Shown one piece after another: positions 13,801 through 25,815 of a stretch of DNA of 64,000 nucleotides. Under the pieces are notes generated by a model, which had not been told where the DNA came from, did no database searches, and worked only from the letters and a program-made list of their open reading frames with translations. Position numbers and translations under genes: made by a program. The stretch comes from Lama guanicoe (lineage: Eukaryota), in the NCBI GenBank assembly GCA_013239625.1, contig MU053561.1:994826-1058825 (forward strand), written 5' to 3'. Numbering within the stretch: position 1 is the stretch's first letter; every line of letters begins with the position of its first letter.

Positions 13801-14846
13801 AAGGAGGGCTGACACTGTCTGCAGCACAAATCTCTATATTTTGCCAGTGCTCAGAGTGTTGAGGTGATTTTAGGAGATGGTAAAACACAACAGTAATGAA
13901 ACAGGTGCTGTAGCAGCAGTAACTCCAGGGAGGGCTCAGCTCAGCTTGGCAGGGATGGTGTGTTTTTCTCCCAGCTGCAGAGACGGGAGCCCCTGCAGTG
14001 CTGACAGAGGTCAGGTACTGGGAATATCAAGGACCATCATCTCTCAGGCACCAGCCTGAGACACCTCATCCGTTTCACACTCGGATGCAGAAGTCTTGCA
14101 CACCTGGCAGACCACAGCGTTCTGCCTTCCAAAGGGAGAGGTGATGGTCTCTCTCACAGATGTCTATAAATACATACTCTTACTTGCCTGAGAGCTTTCT
14201 GGCATAAGGTCGGAGTGTATCCCCCAGCGCCCAGCATTCAGAGTTGGGAGAGTTCAGTGAGGTAATGTGGGAAGCACCTGCCAGCACAGATCCTGGTGCA
14301 GATCAGGCCCTTCATTGTTGACCTTCCTTTCTGTCTTCCACCTCCCTTCTCTGCCGTCTTCCTACCTTCTCTCTCAAGGAAGGTTACCAGAACGTGCGTT
14401 TAACTTCCCATTGCATATGTACATATATAATAAAAGGTGTCAGACTCTCTGATGATTGGCAAGGCTTCTTTTCTCTGAGTTTGGCTCTCTATTAATTTAC
14501 AATACAAGGACACTAATCACGGTCTTCTACCCATTCTTTAATCAATTTGCCATCTCACTTACTGTCCCAGTCGCTATCTTTGCCTCTCCTAGGGTGAGAC
14601 ATCTGTTTAATATTTTCCTTGTGTGGAACCAGGTCATTAGGAAACAGAAGAGGCAGCGTTGGCCAGGTGAAGTTGGTAGGGAATGTGTGAGCACCACCTC
14701 AACATTGCCTAATTAGGCCAGATATTGGTAAAATGCAGGCTGCAACCGTGAGGACTTGGCTTCTTTGCTGTGGGAGGGTAGGCTGGTGGTGATATGTGAG
14801 GATATTAAGATGGGAGCAGAGTTAAGCCTTAGACTGTTTCCTAGGG

Positions 14847-15560
14847 CAGGGCCAGGACTGGGGAGAGAAAAAGTTTCCTACACTAATGAAGATATATAAT
14901 ATTTTACTGCAATATTTAAAAAATCAAAGTTAAAGTGAGAAAAAAATCCATAGTGAACTAAATATCAAAATATTGCAGTGATTATTGGAGCCTGAGGCAA
15001 AAGGAAAAGTTGGTAGCACTAATTCTGTCTGAGTTACTCTGCTTGGGCTGCCCTAACAAAACGTCACAGACTGGCTGGCTTAAAACAACAGAAATTTTTC
15101 TACAGTTTTGGAGGCTGAGTAGTACCAGATCAAGGTCCAGCAGAGTTGGTTTCTGGTGAGAGCTCTTTTCCTGGCTTACAATGGCTGCCTTCTCCTTGTG
15201 TTTTCACATAGAAGAGAGAGAGAGCATGAGGGGTGGGGGTGGGCTAGCTGTCTGGTGTCTCTTCATCTAAGGCACTAATCCCACTATGAGGGCCCCATCC
15301 TCATGACCTCATCTGACCCTAGTTACCTCCCAAAGACCTCATTCCAAAATACCCTCGCCTTGGGGTTAGCACTTTAACATGAATTTTGATGGGGACACAT
15401 TCAGTTCCTACCTCTGTCTTTGTTTAATAGTTTGATATTCCGTTCATCACTGATTTTTGTATTAATTTTGATTTTAAAAATTATTGCATTAAATTAATAT
15501 ATCATTTATTTTGATTACCGAATTTTTTGGTGCCTCCTTTAAGTTTTCATCCCAGCCCTG
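14847..15560. mobile_element. MER96B-like hAT MITE, interrupted by a MaLR LTR
   Basis: Termini cagggc...gccctg. The AT-rich arms are inverted complements (tgcaatatttaaaaaatcaaagttaa vs ttaattttgattttaaaaattattgca). Confidence 0.7.
15030..15413 (-). mobile_element. Solo MaLR LTR (MLT1A-like)
   Basis: About 385 bp with motifs ggcttaaaacaacagaaattt, gatcaaggtccagcag, cctcatgacctcatct, acctcccaaag, ggggacacattcag. 5-bp TSD ctgtc at 15025-15029 and 15414-15418. Confidence 0.85.
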
Positions 15561-16121
15561 CCTCAGGGAAACCCCTACTCCTGGATCTGGGGCAGGAGCA
15601 TTTGGCCAAGGCATCACTCTGAGCTAAATGGTCAAGGTCTGACCACTCATTGAACTATCCAGTGAAGACCAAATTCTTCATTTCCTTTTTCTTTCTTCAT
15701 TATTGTCAAGTGTATGGTTGAATTTTCCACACAATTATTTTCTTTGTTCCACAAAACTTTGTATTTCATCCAGCACTACAATAATTAGTTAAATATAATA
15801 TTCCATAATCAAGTTCAGTTTCCTAAATTTCTGCTACAAATGGAGGTAGGCAGGAACCAGAGAACCCATTCTCAACCTTCAGCTTTGTTAGGCAAACTTT
15901 TGTGGTGATGTTGTAATCTGTAATTTTGATGTGTCAGCAGATTTGATCTCATTTTAAAGACTTTAAGTGTCTCTTCAACTCTGATGTTGTGGTGATTTTT
16001 TTTCAAAACCATTTTGGTATTCTCCTAAAATTGAATATTTTTTAACTTTTGATTTTGCTGTAGTATCAAACTTACAGAGAAGTTATAGGAACTGTGCAAG
16101 GAAATTCTCTGTACACTTTTT

Positions 16122-18576
16122 TTAAAATTTTTAAAATTGAGTTATAGTCATTTTACAATGTTGTGTCAAATTCCATTGTAGAGCACAATTTTTCAGTTAT
16201 ACACAAACATACGTATATTCATTGTCACATTTTTTTTTTGCTGTGAGCTACCACAAGATCTTGTATATATTTCCCTGTGCTATACAGTATAATCTTGTTT
16301 ATCTATTCTGCGTATGCCTGTCAGTGTCTACAAATTTTGAACTCCCAGTCTGTCCCTTCCCACCCCCTGCCCCCTTGGCAACCACAAGTTTGTATTCTTT
16401 AACTATGAGAAGTCTTTTTCTTTTTTGTTTTTATGTTTTTTTTTTCTTTTTTTTTTTTTTAGATTCCACATATGAGTGATCTCATATGGTATTTTTCTTT
16501 CTCTTTCTGGCTTACTTCACTTAGAATGACATTCTCCAGGAGAATCCATGTTGCTGCAAATGGCGTTATGTTGTCATTTTTATGGCTGAATAGTGTTCCA
16601 TTGTATAAATACACCACAACTTCTTTATCCAGTCAGCTGTTGATGGACATTTAGGCTGTTTCCATGTCTTGGCTATTGTAAATAGAGCTGCTATGAACAT
16701 TGGGGTCCAGGTGTCATTTTGAAGTAGGGTTCCTTCTGGATATAAGCCCAGGAATGGGATTACTGGGTCTTATGGTAAGTCTATTCCTAGTCTTTTGAGG
16801 AATCTCCGTACTGTTTTCCACAGTGGCTGCACCAAACTGCATTCCCACCAGCAGTGTAGGAGGGTTCCCTTTTCTCCACAGCCTCTCCAGCATTTGTCAT
16901 TTATGGACTTTTGAATGATGGCCATTCTAACTGGTGTGAGGTGATACCTCATTGTAGTTTTGATTTGCATTTCTCTGATAATTAGTGATATTGAGCATTT
17001 TTTCATGTGCCTATTGATCATTTGTATTTCTTCCTTGGAGAATTGCTTGTTTAGGTCTTCTGCCCATTTTTGGATTGGGTTTTTTTTTTTTCTTATTTAG
17101 TCATGTGAGCTGCTTATATATTCTGGAGATCAAGCCTTTGTCAGTTTCATTGTTTGCAAAAATTTTCTCCCATTCTGTAGGTTGTTGTTTTGTTTTATTT
17201 ATGGTTTCCTTTGCTGTGCAGAAGCTTGTAAGTTTCATTAGGTCTCACTTGTTTATTCTTGCTTTTATTTCTATTGCTTGGGTAGACTGCCCTAGGAGAA
17301 CATTTTTGAGATGTATGCGAAATAATGTTTTGCCTATATTTTCTTCTAGGAGGTTTATTGCATCTTGTCTTATGTTTGAGTTGATTTTTGTGTATGGTGT
17401 AAAGGAATGTTCTAGATTCAATGATTTATGTTCTGCTGTCCAGTTTTCCCAACACCATTTGCTGAAGAGACTGTCTTTATTCCATTGTATATTCTTGCCT
17501 CCTTTGTCGAAGATTAGTTGACCAAAAGTTTGTGGGTTCATTTCTGGGCTCTCTATTCTGTTCCATGGGTCCATATGTCTGTTTTTGTACCAATACCATG
17601 CTGTTTTGATTACTGTAGCTCTATAGTATTATTTGAAGTCTGAGAGAGTTATTCCTCCAGCCTCTTTCTTTTTCTTCAGTAATGCTTTGGCAATTCTAGG
17701 TCTTTTGTAGTTCCATATAAATTTTATTATGATTTGTTCTAGTTCTGTGAAGTATGTCCTGGGTAATATGATAGGGATTGCATTAAATCTGTAGATTGCC
17801 TTGGGCAGGGTGACTATTTTAACTATATTGAGTCTTCCAATCCAGGAGCATGGGATGTCTTTCCATTTTTTAAGTCTTCTTTAATTTCCTTCATCAGTGT
17901 TTTATAGTTTTCCATGTATAAGTCTTTCACCTCCTTGGTTAGATTTATTACTAGGTATTTTATTACTTTGGGTGCTATTTTAAAGGGGACTGTTTCTTTA
18001 CTTTCTTTTACTGTTGATTCATCATTAGTGTGAAGAAATGCAACTGATTTTTGTACACTAATCTTGTAACCTGCTACCTTGCTGAATTCTTCAATTAGTT
18101 CTAGTAGTTTTTGTGTGGACCTTTTAGGGTTTTCTATATATAGTATTATGTCATCTGCGTATAGTGACACTTTTACCTCTTCTTTTCCAACTTGGATCCC
18201 TTTTATTTCTCTCTCTTGCCTGATAGCTGTGTTTAGGACTTCCAAGACTATGTTGAATAGGAGTGGTGATAGTGGGCATCCTTGTCTTGTCCCAGATTTT
18301 AGTGGGAAGCTTTTGAGTTTTTCACCATTGAGTACTATGCTGGCTGTAGGTTTCTCATATATAGCTTTAATTATGTTCCCTCTGTACCCACTTTGAGAGA
18401 TATGTTCCCTCTATACCCACTTTGGTGAGAGTTTTTATCATAAATGGGTGTTGAATTTTATCAAATGCTTTTTCTGCATCTATTGAGATGATCATGTGGT
18501 TTTTGTTCTTTCTCTTGTTGATGTGATGTACTACACTGATTGATTTGCGTATGTTAAACCACCCTTATGTCCCTGG
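16122..18576 (-). mobile_element. Young 5'-truncated LINE-1 (about 2.45 kb: RT and C-terminal part of ORF2 plus 3' UTR), camelid-like
   Basis: Minus-strand ORFs give L1 ORF2p peptides: [10 protein letters not shown] (RT motif), [44 protein letters not shown]. Frameshifted. Degenerate 15-bp TSD ctctgtacacttttt (16107-16121) / ccctatatacttttt (18577-18591). Confidence 0.95.
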
Positions 18577-18626
18577 CCCTATATACTTTTTACTGAGTTT
18601 CACTAATTGTTTTTATTTTGTTTCAT

Positions 18627-18702
18627 GGGGGAAGTGCCAAGATGGTGAAGTAGAGAGACTAAAGCTCTTCCTCTCCCACAGATAGACCAAGAATTACATC
18701 TA
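18627..18702 (+). mobile_element. 76-bp LINE-1 5'-end-like fragment with TSD
   Basis: ggggaagtgccaagatggtgaagtag...ctcttcctctcccacagataga... resembles the caagatggcggagtag start of laurasiatherian L1s. Flanked by tattttgtttcat (18614-18626) / tattgtgtttcat (18703-18715). Confidence 0.6.
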
Positions 18703-19172
18703 TATTGTGTTTCATTTGCTTGCTGTCTGTGTGTATATACATACACATACACACACACATACACACACTCTTACATAATTGTTTCCTGAACCATTTGTTA
18801 GTAAATTGTAGACCTAATTCATTGATACAATCTGTTATATAATCAAGTCTACATGTAATTTTTATTATTTGTCCTAATATTCATTACAGATATTCTTTTT
18901 TCCTGATTCAAGATCTAATTCAAGATGATGCATTGCATTCAGTCGTCAAATTCCTTTAATCTCCTCTGTTTTTCTTGACCTTGTTATTTTTTGAAATGCA
19001 CAGGCCAGTTATTTCGTAGGCTGCCCCAGATTTGGGTTTGTCTGATGTTTCCTCATGTTTAGATTCAGGTTATACAGTTTTGGCAGGAATGCCACAATAG
19101 GGTTGTGTCATCATTACACCATATCAAGGCTGAATGATATTGATTTATCTCAATTTTGGTGATGTTAACTTT

Positions 19173-19350
19173 TTTTTTCTTTGAGAAGACAGCACCTAGC
19201 TGCTTTCTGCCTCAGTCTTTTTGTGTCCAGTATTATTAAGATATAATTGACGTATGACATTGTGTAAATTTAAGGTATACAGTCTGATGATTTGATACAT
19301 GTGTTTATCATGAAATGATTACCACAATAAGGTTAGTTAACACATCCATC
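19173..19350 (-). mobile_element. Short LINE-1 3' end with an extra 3' segment, TSD-flanked
   Basis: L1 3' tip (gatataattgac...gatttgatacat...atgattaccacaataaggttagttaacacatccatc). 17-bp TSD ttggtgatgttaa(c/t)ttt at 19156-19172 and 19351-19367. Confidence 0.85.
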
Positions 19351-19526
19351 TTGGTGATGTTAATTTTGATCACTTGGTTAAGGAAGTGTCAACCAGTTAT
19401 CTCTGCTGTACAGTTTGTTTGTTCTGCTTTGAAATCAATAAGTAATTTATGGAGAGATATTTTGAGATCATGTATATTGTTCCTAATCAGACTTTCACCT
19501 TCTTGTTTTAGCACCCATTGATGATT

Positions 19527-22500
19527 TTGTTCCATTTTTATTTCTTCCAAAATATTTGAAATTTTTTCTTGATATTTCTTCTTTGACTTATGTGTTACTT
19601 AGAAGTATGTTGCTTAATCTCCAAGTATTTTGGGATTTTCCAGCTATCATTCTGTTATTGATTTCCAGTTTAATTCCACTGTGGTCTGAGAGCAAACATT
19701 GTATTGTTTCTGTTTTTTAATGTTCATTAAGATATGGTTTATGGCCGAGAATGTGGACTATCTTGGTGAATGTTCCATGTGAACTTGAGGAAAAGGTGTA
19801 TTCTGCTGTTGTTGGATGAAGTAGTCTATAGATGTCAATTATATCCAGTTGATTGATGGTGTTGTTGAGTTCAGCTATGTTGGTATTGATTTTCTACCTG
19901 CTGGATTTGTCTGTTTCTGATAGATCAGTACTGAAGTCTCCAACTATAATAGTAGATTCATCTATTTCTCCTTGTAGTTCTGTCAGGTTTTGCCTCATGT
20001 AGTTTGGTGCTCTGTTGTTAGGCACATACACATTAAGAGTTGTTATGTCTTCTTGGAGCATTGACTCCTTTATTATTATGTAATTACCCTCTTTACCCTT
20101 GATAACTTTCCTTGCTCTGAGATCTGCTGTGTTTGAAATTAATATAGCTACTTCTGCTGTCTTTTGACTAGTGTTAGCATGGTATGTATGCTCTCCCTAC
20201 CCATTTGCTTCTAATCTATATGTACCTCTATTTAAAGTGGGTTTCCTGTAAACAACATAGAGTTGGGTTTGTTTTTTTATTCACTCTATCAGCCTCTCTC
20301 TTTTAACTGGTAATTGATGTATTTAGACCATTGATGTTTAAAGTATTTATTGATATAGTTGGATTAATACCTACCATATTTGTTGTTCTTCTAAAACTCT
20401 TACCCTGTTCTTTGTTCCTGTTTTGTGTTTGTGTGTGTGTGTTTGTGTGTGTAGGTGTGTGTTCAACCAGGCTTTTGTTGTTCTCACTTCTTTGATGAGA
20501 TTACTTTTTATTATTATTGAAGTATGTTCCTGTATTGTCTTCCACAATTTTTCTGCCTTTTGTGGTTTTAATTGAGCACTTTATATGGTTCTATTTTCTC
20601 TCTTTTCTTAGTATATCAGTTGTAATTTTTTTTTACTAGTTTTAGTGGTTGCCCTAGTTTGTAATATACATTCACAACCATTCCAAATGTGCCTTCAAAT
20701 AATATTTTACCACTTTACAAGTAGTATGAGTGATCATTTGTTATACTAACCAAATATTCCTAATTCTTCCTGCCCATTCTTGTATTGTTGCTGTCATTCA
20801 TTTCACTTATACATAAGTATATATATATGCCTTTGTGTGTATGTATATAAACATAAGTGTATATAAATAAGCATATAGGCATAAATATATATAAACATAA
20901 GCATTAAGAAATATATAAGCATATAATAATAAAATATATTGTTGCTATTATAATTTTGAGCAAGCTATTATCTGTTAGATCAATTAACATGAAAAATTAA
21001 AGTTTTTATTTTACTTTCACTTGTTTATTCTCTGGTGCTCTTCTTTTCTTTATGTAGAGCCAAGTTTCTGATTTGTATCATTTTTCTTTTCTCTGGAGAA
21101 CTTTTTTTGGTATTTTTTACAAGGTAGGTCTATTGGCAGCAAGTTCCCTCAACTTTTATCTGAGAAATTCTTTATCTTTCCTTTACTTTTGAAGGATAAT
21201 TTTGCAGAGTTCAAAATTCTAGGTTGGTTGTTTTCTTCTCTCAACTCTTTTAATATGTCATTTCACTCTCTTCTTGCTTGCATGGTTTCTGAGGAAAAGT
21301 CAGAAGTAATTCTTATGTTTGTTCTTCTATAGATGATGCTTTTTTTTCCCCCTCTGACTTCCTTCAAGATTTTTTTTCTTTATCTTTGATTTTCTGGAAT
21401 ATCATGTTCCCAGGCATAGTTTTTGTTTGTTTGTTTGTTTGTTTCTGTTATCTTCCTTGGTGTTCTCTCAGCTTCCTGGATCTATAGTTCAGTACCTGAC
21501 ATTAATTTGGGGGAAGTTCTCAGTTATTATTGCTTCTATTCCCATCTCTCTTCTTTTTCTGGTGTTCCCATTATGTGTATGTTATACCTTTTATAGTTAC
21601 CCCACAGTTCTTGGTATTCTGTTCTGGTTTTTTGGGGGAATTTTTTTCTAGTCTTTTTGCTTTGATTTTTAGTTTTGGAGGTTACTATTGTTATATCCTC
21701 AAACTCAGTCATTCTTTCCTCAGCCTTCTCCAGTCTACTAATGAGCCCTTTAAAACCATCCTCCATTTTTGTTACAGGATTTTTCACCTTTAGCATTTCT
21801 TTTTGACTTTTTCTGAGAATTTCCACCCCTCTGCTTACATTATCCATCTATTATTGCATGTTGTCTATGTTTTTCATTAGAGCCCTTAGCATAGTAATCA
21901 TAGTTGTTTTAAATTTCTAGTCCAATAATTCCAACATCCCTGCCATATCTGACCCTGGTTTTGACACTGTTCAATCTCTTCAAACTGTATTTTTTTCCTT
22001 TTTAGTATGCCTTGTAATTTTTGGTTGAAATCTGGACATGATGTACTATGTGAAAGTAACTGCAGGCTTTTAGTGTGTGGTGGTCAGGTGTTGAGGGGAG
22101 AGAAAGTGTCCTGTAACAGGTTAGCCTGTGTCCTGGACTGTTAACTTCACCAACGATTATCAGTTTCCTCCTCCCTTCCCCTTGAGTGGGAGAGGACAGC
22201 CAGAGAGGGGGCCTGAAGTCGGGTAATTCCTTCCCCCAGGTAGGTTAAACTGTGGCATATAGTTTTTTCTGAGGGAAGGCCTTGTTGAAAAGAGAATGCT
22301 CTGGTTTATTTAAAAGTGGTTCCTTCTTTTTGTCTCCATGCTGGAAGCACAAAAGATTTTTCTCTGATACTCATTAAAAAGAGCTCCTGGAGGTAAAACT
22401 CACAAAAGTGTGGAGTTCCCCCTATAGCTGGGTCTCCCTGGAGTAGCCTCCAGCAATTGGTCATTTGCAGCTTAGGTTTCCCTACCCTGGCACCAGTTCC

Positions 22501-22719
22501 TGCAGAGGTTTGTGCTCATGGGTTTCTGCTATGATAAGTTGTAATTCTCAGTATCAACATCTCTGTTGCTTCAGTTTTGGGGAGTGGTTTGCCTTGTAAT
22601 ATCATTTCTCTGATGTATCTGAAAAGAGTTGTTGATTTTTCAGTTAAGGTTTTTAATTGTTGTTAGAGTGGAGAGATGACTTCTAAGCTCCTTTCCTACT
22701 GGTGCGGGAACTGGAAGTC
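19527..22719 (-). mobile_element. Old LINE-1 5' half (5' UTR, ORF1, inter-ORF spacer, ORF2 endonuclease), no 3' end
   Basis: ORF 21536..21847(-) resembles ORF1p (GLISRLEKAEERMTEFED...QELWGNYKRYNIHIMGTPE). Around 19740-19955(-) translates IIVGDFS...NQLDIIDIYRLLHPTTAEYTFSSSSHGTFTKIVHILGHK, the APE endonuclease domain, with a stop codon. Confidence 0.88.
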
Positions 22720-25700
22720 TATTGATAATGATATTTTTATCTCCATCGTTCCTTTTATATTATTAGTTGACCTTTTACTCTAAGGAATAGCTTTTCTTTT
22801 ATATTAGTTAGTTAATTAATTAACTTATTTGTTTATTTAAATGAACTTCTGGACACTTTAGTTCCTATTTTATTTAATGGCTTATAATCTGTAATTGTTA
22901 TTTATTTTGATACTCAAATCACTCCTGACCGGCCAGAGGAAGTCCTTTCTAATGCAGCTCCTGTATGCTTTGACATGTTCCCACTATTCTTTAAGCACTT
23001 TCTTACTTCGTGATGAAGCAGGATGCTCAAGGCTTGTCTTGTATGTTTCCTGCTCTAGTCCTATAATAGTACGATTAAATTTTAGTTCATTAACTATTTC
23101 CTTTTTTGAGGAGATTTTTCTAACTGAAGATGGAGTTTGGATCTCATGTGGAAAGTCAACTGAATGTTCTTTGTTGTGTCCACTGTGCTATGCAGCATAA
23201 TCTCTATGTGACGTTGTCAATATTTCCTGAGAAAAGGTGTCATCAGTTAGTCTCCTTTGAATCTGCTTGGGTTTAGCATTTCAAGCCTGGGTGTGATTCA
23301 CACAGGTGCATAGATATATCATTTTGATTTAAGTAATTGATTTATTTGGGAATGTTTGTTAAGAACTGCGATAAACCCCACGGTTAACTTAATATGCTTT
23401 TATCTAGTGATGGTTGGTTTTGTGCTTAGTCCTTGTAGACTCTGTAGAGCATAAAACATGGTCCCTGCTCCCAAGAAGTTTATATTCTAGTAGGGAAGAC
23501 AAGAAGAGCATACACCAAGCCATGGCCAGTACCACCTGAAAGTATATCAATCATTACAGTGTTACACAAGTTCCAACAGTAAGTCTGTACCAATTCTGAG
23601 GAGGAGGTTATGGATGAAGATGGACAAGGCAGACATGACCCTACAGCTCATGGCCATCAGGAAGGTGGTCTTTACAGACCTAGGATGGAGTCTGCACATT
23701 TACCTTGCCTGGAAAGATAAACAGTTTCATTGATGACCTTTTACACAGGGGTTATGCATCTCAATGGGACATACATAGGGAAGAGTGGGCTGCTGTAAAT
23801 AAGCCTTAGGCATCACTAAATTTCTATACAAGACCATTCATTGGAACCTAGAACAGGGTCATAGAATTGAGGCAGAAGAGCATAACCTTATGTGATTCTC
23901 TGCCTTTTTTCACTTCTTGATTGTCCTGGATCAGGAAGTGCTTCCTTTTTGTAAAGTTGTTATGTGAGCTGTGTTTCCAGATCCTTGTAGAAAGAATATT
24001 ATCTAACAGAAAATCCTGACAGGGTTTTTCTTTTTGGTCTAACAATTTTTTATTTCCATACTGTCTACACTCTGGCTGTAAATGCCTTGGGGGCCAGGCC
24101 CTGTGTTATACTTTTTGGCATTCCTCATTGCATGAGTTAAGTCTGAATTATTCATTGATTAATTGGTTTTCTGAAAAACCCTGACTGCTTTCAGATGTGT
24201 ATGATGGGAGACAGTGTGATGAAATTTGTTGGCTTGTATAAATATAAAGATTTTGCTGTGTTAGTTTAATCTTGTGGCTCTGGAGTGGCTCTAAACTTTC
24301 CCTTGCAGAAGCACAATCCCTATAGCAGTTCCAGACTTCACTTTTCCTAAAAAACACATGTATACACACACACACATATATATTTTTTACCACAGTGTTC
24401 CTTATTTAAAAAGCAGATGGCCTAAAAGAAGGGAGGTTTCTATATATTGAAAAGTCTTTTTTAAATAAAAATAAAACCATGGCCTCGATGATCTCCAGTG
24501 TTGAGCTGTAGGCAAACTTAGGGCCAGGGAGACCTTCCTGGTAACCCTACAATGACACCGTGCAGGTGACTTCTATGTTGCCCACAGAGAAGGCTTCTGG
24601 AAAGATGGCTTCCATTCCTCATAATCCCTTCTTTGGCCTTACTCTTAAGCCTGAAGCTTGATATCTTGTAATTCTCTTAGCCAAGTTGGTGCTTGGGATT
24701 CTGCCCTCTTAACAGTAAGGGTAGGTGCTGGTGGAACTTGAAGGAGGTACTGAATAAGGACCGATCAAATCAGGCAGAGCTCCTAGTTGGGATGCCTGTG
24801 AGCATCAATTGTGGAAACCAACGGTTGGATTAAGGAAATTCCCCAACTTGAAATGAATATCGGCTTGAGTTATTAAGCCCAGAAATATTTCCTGTCTTTG
24901 AGATTTGCTGGTAGGCCATGCTTGCCTTAAGTTAAAGGGTCAGATTTTCCCGTAAGCACTTGAGCTCTCTTGCTATTTCGGGTAATCGCCTCTCCACGCA
25001 CAGATGCTTCATCAGGGTCGGAGCATAGAGGGTTTTGTCGACTTTGTCCTGTGCTGCATAAGGACCTCTGCCTTGGCCAAGGGAATGCTCTCGATGAGTG
25101 TGCCCCCTTCTGTGATCATATTTTGGGCTTTTGATTACACATTATAGTATATAATCCATCCTTCTGTTAACAGGCGTTCCGCCACGTGGGGGCAAGGACC
25201 TGGCCTGTGGTCGATGATGGCTCTCTCTGGGGATCTCTCAGGGACAGGCTGGTGCTTTTAAAACTGCTGTGTGCCTTGATCTTAATTTATCTGTTGTATT
25301 CGATATCATTGGAAGCCGGAGAAAGGCCAAATACCTGACCTCCGTTCCAGAGCTGTGATATTGCACCCACTCCAAGCGTCCTTTGATCCTTGCTTTGGCA
25401 AGCCAAGTAGAGGAACTCCTTAGCTTTCCTTAGTCCCCAAAGTTTCCATCTGACTTTGTCAATTTGTGGCATTTAGTCTTCAAATTACAGATTGACTTGA
25501 TTGCTAGTTGGAGAAAAAGAAGACTTTGACAGTCTCCTGGAAAGTAGCTGATCAGACTGATGCTTTTCCAAATGTCCATGTGAAGATCAGTAGTCCTTCC
25601 AGGTATCCCCTGGCTGTCACGTGACAATTCTTGAGGAATAGGACGTTGGGCTTTATTTGGTCTTCTTGGTTGTGAGAAATTAGAAACGTAGACAAGGGCC

Positions 25701-25776
25701 ATTACGGACAGCTTACAATATTCATGTTAAGTTCACTCTCACTCCAAATAAAGACAACTGCTTGGCCCAGTTAATT

Positions 25777-25779
<3 letters not shown>

Positions 25780-25815
<36 letters not shown>

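Larger units (their letters stand above)
16035..23060 (-). mobile_element. Ancient LINE-1 3' UTR (L1MC/L1ME-like) split by four later insertions
   Basis: Host segments about 16035-16121, 18577-18626, 18703-19172, 19351-19526 and 22720-23060 read as one collinear old L1 3' UTR when the inserts are removed. Confidence 0.6.

Noticed and set aside
16122..18576. Active LINE-1
   Set aside because: 5'-truncated, frameshifted, and with a deletion in ORF2 (YTKINS joined directly to NIRQD).
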